DNA of 64,000 bases from Eledone cirrhosa (taxonomy: Eukaryota): NCBI GenBank assembly GCA_964016885.1, contig OZ024742.1, positions 359,414,001-359,478,000 on the forward strand, in the 5' to 3' direction. Of the stretch, positions 28,301 through 39,773 are shown in pieces. How positions within the stretch are numbered: the stretch's first letter is position 1; each line of letters begins with the position of its first letter. A program made the position numbers and the translations under genes. The notes below the pieces were generated by a model. It did no database searches, was not told the origin of the DNA, and was given only the letters and a program-made list of their open reading frames with translations.

Positions 28301-28666
28301 TAATTAATGCTAGTTAATACCAGATCAATAAAGCGGCACTATATGCATCTGAGCGCCTCAGTAATATTTATATAAAGATTTATATAAAAGGTGATACTAT
28401 ATTTAGCCTGGACAGTAATAAGACGTCACAGATTCAGAGATAGCAATGAAAATATCACAGATTAAAACACTTTTAGCGAGACTTATGTTTATTACACAAA
28501 CATGTTACATATATTATCATATAATCCACTTGTATTAAACAGCACACACGCACGCACGCACTCATATACATATACATACACCATACACACACATATATAT
28601 ATATATATATATATTTGTGCATATACATTTACTTATGTAATTTTATATATATATGTGTCTGTGCGA

Positions 28667-28705
<39 letters not shown>

Positions 28706-28898
28706 CATTTATATATATATATACGTATATATATATATACATATATGTATGTATAGACATACATATGAGCGAGTCCAACCAATACCAGTTTTGCGCAATG
28801 AATGAATTAATAAAAATCAATTTATCACAGCATAATAAAATTATATTTGGGCAAAGTAAACAAGATAAATAAATATATATATATTGTTTATATATATT

Positions 28899-28954
<56 letters not shown>

Positions 28955-29000
28955 GATATTAACAAATGGAAACTATATTTATAAAACCATATTTATTATT

Positions 29001-29065
29001 TATTTCATTATACATATTTCAAGGATACCAAGTTAAATTATGGTATGCCTTCATCATACAAAATA
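29001..29065 (-). ncRNA. Hammerhead-like motif with A at core position 3
   Basis: TATTTTGT-ATGATGA-AGGCATACCA..TGGTATCCTT-GAAA-TATGTA-TA-ATGAAATA. Confidence 0.6.
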
Positions 29066-29212
29066 CAATATATACCAGTTTTATAAATATGGTTTTATAA
29101 ATATAGTTTCCATTTGTTAATATCGTATATCTACTCCAAATACTTGTCGAGTGCTTTATATCACTTATAAAAATATTTGCTTGTTGTATCCCAACAATTT
29201 AAATAGAACTTT

Positions 29213-29260
<48 letters not shown>

Positions 29261-29397
29261 AAGGTTAAACAAGGTTCAATGAATAGATCAAAGAATGAGT
29301 TTTACAGTAGATTGGATGCACTCAACAGATTGGCTTTCCGGAGTTATTAATATTAATTGAAAATATTAACAAAAATAGAACTTCTTGTGATCAAATA

Positions 29398-29464
29398 TAT
29401 TTTATTATACATATTTCAGAGGTACTGAGCTAACTTCAACAGTACGTCCTCATCATATAAAATA
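29398..29464 (-). ncRNA. Hammerhead motif (paralog of 12579-12645) with C3A
   Basis: TATTTTAT-ATGATGA-GGACGTACTG..CAGTACCTCT-GAAA-TATGTA-TA-ATAAAATA. Confidence 0.65.
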
Positions 29465-29640
29465 AGATGATGCATGACATACCCTGACATAGTAGATGGT
29501 TAAGATCCAGTCATGGTAGTCCATGACTACCATGACTGGATCTTAACCATCTACAATAGATTGGAAGCACTGTTCAGTGCTTCCAATCTACTGTAAAACC
29601 CATTCTTTGATTTATTCATTGAACCTTGTTTAACCTTTAA

Positions 29641-29704
<64 letters not shown>

Positions 29705-29848
29705 AATATATATATATTTATTTATCTTGTTTACTTTTCCCAGATATAATTTTATTATGCTCTGATAAATTGATTTTTATTAATTCCTTCATTGCGCAAA
29801 ACTGCTATTGGTTGGACTCGCTCACATGTATGTCTATACATACATATA

Positions 29849-29882
<34 letters not shown>

Positions 29883-29883
29883 A

Positions 29884-29932
<49 letters not shown>

Positions 29933-30007
29933 TAGATAGATAGATATACGCACACTCGCACAGACACATATATATATATAAAATTACATAATTAAATGTA
30001 TATGCAC

Positions 30008-30111
<104 letters not shown>

Positions 30112-30589
30112 AGGTATATCATCATCATCACCGTGTATGCTAATATCAATAGTGCTCTGAGAATTCAGCTATATATTTATCATGTAAGAAAATATGTATG
30201 GAGAAGAAATAAGAATGGACAGTTCTGTTACGAATGAAATACTACGATTCTGTAGAACTGTAAATTTCGTGATAAGTTGCATATAGACTAGCTAATGCGA
30301 AGACATTGGGTGAAGATGCAAGCAAAAATCCGGCTCCTACTGTCTGCTTGAATTACGAGACAGTTGGGGAGGAGAAAGATATTCTACTAAAATAGCTAGC
30401 CATGTGAATTGGACGATAAATAATGCTTTAGTTTAAAGTAACTTCTCCAGAATCGAAACACCGTAACAAAAGTTCTGCCACGAAAAACAGATTTGAAATA
30501 CAATATACCAATTGCTAGGATTGTCATGCAAAATATTTTAAATTTATTGCATATAGTGAATATAGTTAATCAATAAATATCAGCGCTAG

Positions 30590-30830
30590 GATGATAGATT
30601 GACAGAATTGGTAGAGCGCCGAAGAAAATTCAATTGTGGTATTTGTTCTGGAGATTTATATTCTGAGTTCAACCTGCCCTCGCTAACCCAAGATCCACAT
30701 TGCCTTTCTTTCTACCGTGGTTGATAACATAAAGTACCAGTCATGTACTGGAGTATATTTAATCCACTCTGCCCCACCCCACCACCACCACCACCACCTC
30801 CAACATTTGCTGGACTTGTTGAAATCAATA
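30590..30830 (+). mobile_element. Old, divergent SINE copy
   Basis: CTGAGTTCAACC..TTGCCTTTC..GTTGATAACATAAAGTACCAG. Confidence 0.6.
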
Positions 30831-31096
30831 AATATAAGCGTAAACATAATTAAATGATCTCCAGCTAAGTATATTTAGGACATAGGTGAGTCTTCCATTT
30901 TGATAATGTCACTTGTTTGACGTTGGATTTTAACGTAAACATTTTATTTTAGAAAGTGTCCCGCATTAAAGTTTATTCTTCCTTAAACTGGAAAGTACAT
31001 CGGAATATTAACTTTCAGTGTTCAAACTTCATATTCCGCTTTCAGCTTCTGTTCTTGATGGGAAGAGCCATGTTCATTACATTTTATTATTTTTCC

Positions 31097-31284
31097 GGTT
31101 GATTGGCAGTATCGGTAGAGGGTCTGACGCCATGCTTTGCAGCAAAGAGTTACGGGCCTTTATGGTCTGAGTTCAAATCCCACCGAGGTTAACTTTGCCT
31201 TTCATCCTTACGGGGTCGATAAAATAAAGCACCAGTAATGTACTGGGTAATTGCTGGCCTTGTGCCAACTGTAGAAACAATTAT
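31097..31284 (+). mobile_element. tRNA-derived SINE
   Basis: Same family. Confidence 0.88.
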
Positions 31285-31489
31285 TTTTCAGGGCTTCCAA
31301 GAATGTTGGGATAAAGAAATGAAGTTATCTACAAACGGGAGACCTTTCACGAACGCTTGAACCAGAAGAAACGAGGATCCTGTAGTGGTCTTAGACAAGA
31401 TGACAGAATAAGTCTACCACTCAAAAACTCTGCAAAGAACCATAAAAAATAGCTCAAGTCATTTCGTTCGACATTCTATAAATTTGACT

Positions 31490-31630
31490 AATCCACACCA
31501 CCCCTATTAACTGGTAGTTTAATGAACCCGAAAAGATGAAAGCAAAGTTGTCCCCGGCAGGACTTGATCTTGGATCTCTGAAAGCGTGAACAAATATCAC
31601 ACGGCGTTTTATTTTACTTCCTAACGACTT
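31490..31630 (-). mobile_element. Old, divergent SINE remnant
   Basis: Minus strand reads ACAACTTTGCTTTCATCTTTTCGGG..TACCAG. Confidence 0.5.
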
Positions 31631-32818
31631 TTCCATGAACTCTGTTACGTCATTTGATTAACTGCTGCCCTTTCTCAACCTTTCTCCATTATAAAACCGA
31701 AATCCTTCTCCTTTTACTAGAAATGTTAATAATATTCAGAGAAGCAGAACGATAATTCTTGTAAAACTACACAATGCACGAGTTCAGAGCATTGAGGTTT
31801 TAGTTCTGCCGATATATTTGCATTATGATAAGTCAATGTGAAGCAGAGATCTCATATTCAAACTGTCAGATTCAGATTTATATCTGGTTAAAAATATGTT
31901 TTCGTAATGCATTTATAGATATTTACATGTTCTGTAGTCACATCACATTAACAAGGAAGGTCAGGACATGCTCACAATCATCGGATATATCCCTCTCCCC
32001 CAACACTTCCACAACCTTCACAACAACATGGGATATGCTACAATAGGGAAAAATGGAAGAAAAAAAGAAATAGAATTCCCATGTATAATAACATAGCAAT
32101 AAATGAAGGTGATGAGAAACTCTGTATTAAAACATCAGTTTGAATAATTCTATAGTGCTCTCCAGTCTAGTATGTAAACTTAAATTATTCATCACCATGT
32201 TTTCCGATCGAATCATTAACCTCTTTAAGCCGCTTCAATAATGTTTAAGTCTTAGTTATGCAAAATAATTTCTCTATGAATTCGGTAATTCTCTATCGTT
32301 TTCCCCAGTTAGACTTTTCCTTTTAATTGAAGATAGAATTTTATTCAGTTCCCCGTTTTATTTTTTCAACAAAAATACGTTTGTTTTCGTTTTAGTTTAT
32401 TTAGTGAGTATGATAATGCATTGCTAACACTGATTTCATTTATCTAATATTAAACAACAAAATCTATTTAGTTTCAGATTTAACATAGGAATATAACACG
32501 AAATCTCTAGCTCACGGATATTCTATCAACAAAACGTGTGATCACAATGCATAGAGACATGAATTGCGCTAAATATGATAATATATTCTTTCTGGATATC
32601 TATTAAAGAAACAACAAAACTGTAAGAGCCGATTAAACTGTGATAGAAAGAAAACCTCAAAAAAATGTTATAAGGTTTCACTAACACAGCTTTAATAGCA
32701 AATCAAAATTCTATTGAAGAAAATATGCAAAAATAAAACAGTACATTAATAATTCTAAACAAATATATTAACAAACATTTTCTGACACTCACACTCGCAC
32801 ACAGACACAGACACACTG

Positions 32819-32895
<77 letters not shown>

Positions 32896-33722
32896 AAATT
32901 CATAGAAAACTGGGACTTGTCTCCTTATTCCTCACTTTCTGTTGCCTCACCATTTTGTTTGTTTACCCTCGCGTCCCCTTTATTTACGTGTCCCAACGAC
33001 TTTTTTTAGCCGTTGCTCGCACCAACCGGAGGTATATGGTCTTTAAAGCGATGAAATGCCTATGATAGTTGGAAGATCACTGATGAAGGACAAACTTTTT
33101 TCATATGTAACCCATTTGCAACTCCGCAGCGCCCTTATTATCATATTTACACATATTTTTTCCTCTGCTGCTACCCCGTCTTTTTCGTTCTATGTATCTT
33201 TACCCTTTCTAGCAGTCTCTCTCTCTGTTAGCCTCTTCCTCACCTCACCCTTCACTCACTCATTCTCTGTCACTACCTCTCCTCCTCCTCCTCTTTCTTC
33301 CCGTTTGACCTGTGAGTAACTCTTTTCTCTCACATTCTCGGCCAAGCTGGTCGGAATTTTTTTTCTCTCTCGTCCACGATTTCACAGAACTTATGTTTAC
33401 CGAATTCGCAGACCAGACTCCTTCTTCCTCCCGTTAGACCTGTGCGAAATTCCTTCCTTGCTCACATTTCAACCAGGTTTGATGGTCTTTATTCTCTCGT
33501 TCACGATTTCACCGAACTTAAATTCATAGAAATCTGGGACTTGTCTCCTTTTTCCTCACTTTCTGTTGCCTCACCATTTTGTTTGTTTACCCTCGCGTCC
33601 CCTTTATTTACGTGTCCCAACGACTTTTTTTAGCCGTTGCTCGCACCAACCGGAGGTATATGGTCTTTAAAGCGATGAAATGCCTATGATAGTTGGAAGA
33701 TCACTGATGAAGGACAAACTTT

Positions 33723-33730
<8 letters not shown>
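32896..33730. mobile_element. Unclassified element with ~210-bp terminal direct repeats, flanked by (TA)n
   Basis: 32896-33106 matches 33520-33730 (period 624); no TG..CA ends and no coding capacity. Confidence 0.65.
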
Positions 33731-33765
<35 letters not shown>

Positions 33766-33926
33766 GAATTTAGCTTCGAGCATAGCTGTATACAGATATG
33801 TATTGGAATTTCGTATTTCTAAGGAAATACGGTATGTTTATAAATAAACATTTAGAAAGCCATAGCTATGCAAAAATACCGACAGCTATCAGCACCTGGC
33901 GGTGTCCAGCAGAAGCAAGGGGGACA

Positions 33927-33970
33927 ATCGTCGATGCATTTCGAACTGAACTGGGGATTGTCAGGACGAT
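33927..33970 (-). ncRNA. Hammerhead motif, degenerate (CTGACAA core)
   Basis: ATCGTC-CTGACAA-..GTTC-GAAA-TGCA-TC-GACGAT. Confidence 0.6.
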
Positions 33971-34217
33971 CCCTCACGCTCTTGCAATTGCTGGACTTTG
34001 AAAACAGACGAGAATATATGATTTTCTCGTCTGTGTACGAAATTCCAATACATATCTCTATACAGCTCTGCTCAAAGCTAAATTCTAATTCTATTCTAGT
34101 GTAAGTTAAGCCAACTTATACAGCTTCGTGTCCAATTGAGTTTAACCACCTCATTTACACAGACGAGAAAACTATATATTCCCGACTGTTTTCAGCAGGT
34201 GCGAGAACGGGGGGGAG

Positions 34218-34256
34218 CGTCCTGACGAGACCAATTCAGTTCGAAATGCATCGACG
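34218..34256 (+). ncRNA. Minimal type I hammerhead ribozyme
   Basis: CGTC-CTGACGA-GACCAATTCAGTTC-GAAA-TGCA-TC-GACG; palindromic ATGCAT stem III; the 11623 copy restores a GAAC/GTTC stem II. Confidence 0.75.
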
Positions 34257-34403
34257 ATTAACCCCCGTTGCTTCTGCTGGACACAAGCAGGTGGTGATAG
34301 CTGTCGGTGCTTCTGCATAGCTACGGCTTTCTAAACATTTATTTATAAACATACCGTATTTCTTTAGAAATACGAAATTCCAATTCATATCTATATCTAT
34401 CTA

Positions 34404-34518
<115 letters not shown>

Positions 34519-34946
34519 AAACGAAAAATCAGTGATGCATCTGAACTCAATTTATTGTGTGTTACAATTGTTTCGCCGGCGGACAGCTCGAGACGCGATA
34601 ATTGTGTGGATCTGTCTGATTCTTGACCCGCAGGTACGAAGGACACGTCTAATGATTTCGGAGCATATTCTCTCACTGGGGTATCTGACCCTCTGGGCCA
34701 GTACCATCAACAACTTCATCCCCTTCGCGCGTCATGTGATTGGCCGCTGGTTATCGACGTCATCATAATTGTGACCACATGCACCATTCCCCTGACCACC
34801 AGGGCGTTAGCTCTCATACGTCTGCTACACTTCAATAAATAACTGCTGTGTTTGGTTGTTGATACATCCACACACACACACAAGCACAGAGATAATGACA
34901 GTCATACGCATAGTCGCTCGCTACACATTTAAGGAGATATATTTCG

Positions 34947-35000
<54 letters not shown>

Positions 35001-35020
35001 GTAGATAAATCTACCAAGAG

Positions 35021-35163
35021 TTTACTGAAGACGGCATATATATGTGTTTGGTATGTATATTTAATTTTGATAGTTTGTATAATTTTGTATAATTTTGTAC
35101 ATAGATCTGTTGAATATGCATGCCAATTCTAACACATATATATCCTAGAAACGATCGTTAAAT
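35021..35163 (+). ncRNA. Hammerhead motif with long stem II (paralog of 61238-61371); stem I damaged
   Basis: CTGAAGA-cggCATATATATGTG...CACATATATATcct-a-GAAA-CGATCG-TT. Confidence 0.55.
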
Positions 35164-35223
35164 AATGAACTTTTTTTGTTTAATATAAGGAACTGTTTCA
35201 TTGTTTTATTCATTATTTTTTTA

Positions 35224-35266
<43 letters not shown>

Positions 35267-35273
<7 letters not shown>

Positions 35274-35644
35274 GAATTGGGGCTCTGAAATAGCAATATA
35301 TATATGGATGTATATATAATGTATTTTGCAATACACTTTATGCTTAATTAAAAGCATTTTGAAGACCGTAAGCTATTGTTTTAAAGTAGTGACAAATTCA
35401 CTCACTTTGATCTCAGCAAACAGGGGAGATAAGCCGACAAGACTTGTTTCGCTTTGGTTGAAGCTTATCAAGGCCAACTACTCCACCTGTTTACTGAGAT
35501 CATTGATGTTATATTCTTATAGAAATCTAGTAAATAATCAGGAGCTGATTATGCAGAGCGGTTGTTGGTCGGGCAGAAATTAAAAATTAGAATTGGGGCT
35601 CTGAAATAGCAATATATATATGGATGTATATATAATGTATTTTG
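35267..35644 (-). mobile_element. Non-autonomous hammerhead element with 62-bp terminal direct repeat (period 316 bp)
   Basis: 35267-35328 is identical to 35583-35644; adjacent to (TA)n; abuts the truncated 3' end of the neighbouring Tx1. Confidence 0.75.
35408..35502 (-). ncRNA. Type I hammerhead ribozyme with U3-A8 core variant
   Basis: GGCC-TTGATAA-GCTT caacca AAGC-GAAA-CAAG t CTTG-TC-GGCT; long stem I (GATCTCAGTAAACAGG/CCTGTTTGCTGAGATC). Confidence 0.75.
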
Positions 35645-38600
35645 TGCCGATCGCCTCGATGTGTTTGGCGTTCGACACCACTACGGTGACATCGTCCGCT
35701 TATGCTGACACGGATCTTCCGCATCCTAGTTCGCGCGGCACCCCTCTCAACGTCTCCAGTTTGGCAGTAATGGCTCGAGAGTCAATACGTACAAGAGGGA
35801 CGAGAGGGGCCATCCTTGGCGGACCGAGCGCATGAAGTTGAACGGTTCAGAAAGGTGACCGTTCACTCTCACCACAGAGCAGATGTCGCTGTGCATGGCA
35901 GCGATCCAGCCTCTGAAGACAGTCCCAAAGCTAGCCGCCCTCAGGACTGCCACTAGGTAACGATGGTCGACCCTATCGAAAGCTTTCGACTGATCTAAAT
36001 TGATCAAGGACCCACCCGTGCCAGGTTCCCTAACTACCCTCTCTACGATGTATCGCATGAGGTGGAGGTTGTCTTGGATGGATCTGTCGGGAATGGCGCA
36101 TGTCTGCGCCTCTCCCACCAGACCACCAACAACAAGCGCCAACCTCTTTGCCAAAATCTTGAACTCTGTGTTTAGCAGAGTTATGGGCCTAAAATTATCT
36201 ATGTTATCACCCTTGTTCGGATCCTTTCTCAGCAGCGCCACAGCTACTCGGCTCACAGAGCAGGGAATTCTCCCGTTCTGTTGCCAGTTGCAGTAGACGT
36301 CCGCCAAGAGGCCTCCGAACATGTTTGGCATCTGTACGTAAAGTTCATAGGGCAGATAATTCAAACCAGGCGATTTACCCCTTCTACAGCCAGTCATTGC
36401 CTCCCGTACTTCAGCGGCTGTTATCGGCTTTTCGCAACACTCCGCCTAAGTGGCCGAGAGCCGGTCAATCCGTCGAGGTAGACACTAAAGTCCATCCCTC
36501 GATCCGGCCCGCCGCTTCCCTCGAACAGCTGAGCGAAGTGTCGCTGAAAATCTTCATACATTTGCCCGGGATCGAGTAGCATGCGCCCGTCGTGGTCCAC
36601 CAAAGAACGGATCGTGGCTTTTTGCCACGACGCGTCTCCGCCATTCGGGCCCATTGAACGGTTTTCGTCCCCTTGTGTCTGAGAGCACGCACCCTAGCTC
36701 TGACAACGCAGCCTTCGTGTTTTGCATTGAAGAATTGGCCAAGGGCCAATTTCGCCGCAAGTACGTCGTTGGCGATGCCTTTGCTAAGCGCCTGGTCTAA
36801 TTTTCTAACTAGTTCTCCCTCTGCTCAATTTTTCTCTATAGATAAAGCCTTACTAAACCTAATGGACTCTATTCTAATCCCTATTTTCAGAGCAATCCAC
36901 CACTTGTTGTTGACGATGGCCCCCGTCAACGCCCGCTTAACTATTGCGCTAATCCGGTCTCGGTAGGTCTTGCGCGCTGGTAAGGACGCGTTTAGCTTCC
37001 AGTAGCCGGGTCCTCGTCTATGAAGCCTATCTAAGTCAAAACGCCTGAGCAGGTTGGTGAGGCTCTTGCACCCTCCACCCCTATCCGCTAATCCCACACA
37101 GTCCCAGCGTGTATCTAAGATCCCGTTCCAGTCGCCCACTAACACTAAAGAGCGGGACGTTCCAAGAAAGATCTTCAGACGCCGGAGGAAATCAGGCCGC
37201 CCTGCTCCTGTCGGGGCATAGACAACCACTAGCCTGAAAGCTTTCCCGTCTCCGCTGGTCACGTCCAGCACAACCAACTTACCTTCTGGGTCCAGGAAGA
37301 TGGCCCGTTTGGCAAGATCCAAACCTCTCCGAAAAAGCACAGCAACTCCCCCCCCCCCGATCCAGGACGGCAAGGAAATGCGTACACATCGTAGCCGCCG
37401 AATATCGGTACGAAGGCCCGTGCTTCGGAGATTCTGGTCTCGCTGATGGCCACTATATCTATGTTTAGTGACCTGAGGTCGTTGAGCAGGTGGCCCTGCT
37501 TCCATGACGACCCCAAGCCACGCGCATTTATGCTGATTATTCTGAGTGAGGTCATGTTGAAATGGAGTGGAAAAGATAGGAAAGACCACTTACCTTACTT
37601 CTCGTAGAGGAAGATGGTTTCTCCATCCTTTTCACTGCTTGTGGCCTCCTCCGGAAGGATGTCCTTATAAATCCTCCTGGAGACTGCTTGTCGGAAATCT
37701 CCGATGTCTTTGGGGAATTTTTGTTTTAGTGTCGTGTACGTTTTCTGTCTGATGCGTTTTCTGAGTGATTTGTATGTGTGGCGGTGTTGTGAACTTTTGG
37801 GTTGTTGTGTAGTCTTTTTCTGTGATGCTGGTGTTGTGTTGGATGTAGTGTAATAATTGGTTGTTGTTCAAATTTAATACTGTGCAGTGTGTATCGTTTT
37901 GGTTGCTTTGTTTTGTTTGCGTTTGTTGTGGGTTTGCTTCTGTTTCGCTTTGGTGACTTTTGTGGTGTTGGTGATGGTGGTGTTGGGGTTAATGATGGTG
38001 ATGGTGTTGGTGTTTGTGGTGATGGTGTTGGTGATGCTGGTGTGGATGGTGGCATATATATCCTAACTTTTTTGTTTGATAGTTTATTTGTTTCCCTCTT
38101 TATTTTGTTTTTTTGGGGGGTGGGAAGAGGATATTTTTCGTTTTTGGTTTCTTTTTCTTTTTTTCTTTTTTCCTGATACCGTTTCCCACGCCTCGTCGTC
38201 ACAATCTGTCTCCAGTTGCGATTTGTCGGGGAGTGGAAAATCCTCCACAGGCGTTGGTTTTGGTTGTGGTGTGGTGGATGGTGTAGGCGCTGGTGCTAGT
38301 TCTGACGCGTTGGGTGGTAGTGGTGTTGGTTTTGCTACTGTTGCTGGGGTTGTTGTTGTTACAGTTGCTTCTGTTGCTGCTGCTACAGTTGTTGCTGCCA
38401 TTTCTGCTGCTGGTGGTGTTAATGGTTGAGTCACAAGGGTGTGTAAGGGAGGTGGCTTCAACCTTTTAGCCTGAGGGCAGAAAGCCCTTAGGTAGGTTCC
38501 TTCACCACAAACGACACACCTAGGCCTTCTGCCCTCGACCATTACGGTGAGGTGGTTGCCGTCAGTGAGGTCTATTACCGCTGGGATCTCCTCAATGCTT

Positions 38601-39746
38601 TTTTGATCCGCTTGGATCAGGAGCTCCATCTCAGATCCGGACCAGTTCTCCTGCTTTTCTTTCGCTATTTCGATTATCTTGGTGTTGGCTTCGAATCCGG
38701 CGAGGACGGCAGCCATTAGCCAGGGAATTTCGATGGCCGGTGGAACGTGGGTCACCCTGATCTTCACGAGTCTCTGGCCACAATGGCTTGGGACGAGTGT
38801 GAAGTCGTCACTTCTTAATGGGGCCTTGGAGAGTTCTCTGGCCTCCTGTGGTGTTTCAAAGAACACGTCCACGGTTCCATATTTCTGCCCACGTCTGATG
38901 TGGGGGTTTTTTGCCCAGACATGTCCCAAAGCTCTTTGTATTTGGGACTCGGATGCCCGTTCCACTCAGCGCGATGTTATGATAATCGTCCGATAAGACA
39001 CGGTGCATAGGCGCCGATGCTCCATTTTATTAGGTGTGGGGGGGGGTGAGGCTGACCCTGTACCCATCTTTCTTTAGCTTTTGGGGGGATTTTCCTAATT
39101 CCTCCTGAGTTACCAGGAATGCTTCGCACTTTTTTGTTACTCTGGCAAAAGACAGGGTGGTTTTCTTATTCTCATTGTTGCTGTTGTTGTTATCGTTATT
39201 TTTGTTATTGTTAATTTTAGTTTCAGTTGTGGTGGTGCTGGCGTCAGTGGTGTTCGGTGTGGAAGAGTTCATTCTGGGTGAAATCATTTCGATATCACGA
39301 GATAATTTATTTTTTTCTTTTGTTTCTGTTGTTGCTGTGGCGGTGGTGGGTGTGGCGGCTTCAACACCTGCAGTCATTGGTAATGGCGGGAAATGAATGT
39401 CTGCCTGAGACAAATTTAAAATATTGCTACTGCTTATATTTTTAGTGTTGTCAAACGTAGTAATATTTACAATGGTGGTGTCGGTGTGAGGTGTTAGTTT
39501 GTGAGGAATGTGTGACACTGAGTCGTCCCTGATTTTTTCAAAGAAAAACTTTTTGTTTGATAATTATAAAAGTTTAAATTCTGGGCTCATGGCCCCAATC
39601 TTTTTCAGTGTCCTTTTCAGAAAACAATGTATGTGCACTTGTATACAGTTAACAATAAAAATTTTCCATAAATGACAATTTTAAACAACTGAAAGTAACA
39701 AACCTTTGCGGAGCTCACGATAATACGATTTACTACGTAGGTCGCC
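35641..39746 (-). mobile_element. Tx1 LINE, 5'-complete and 3'-truncated; family-A-type ORF2 with a different ORF1 and 5'UTR
   Basis: ORF1 pieces 39030-39518, 38084-38965 (CVVCGEGTYLRAFC) and 37726-38202; ORF2 from 37555 (MTSLRI); 5' end follows (TTA)n. Confidence 0.9.
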
Positions 39747-39773
39747 AATAATAATAATAATAATAATAATAAT

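Larger units (their letters stand above)
33762..34395. mobile_element. Foldback hammerhead-bearing element between (TA)n and (ATCT)/(CT)n tracts
   Basis: ~33794-34030 is inverted at ~34160-34393; 33762-33815 is inverted at 34036-34090. Confidence 0.78.
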
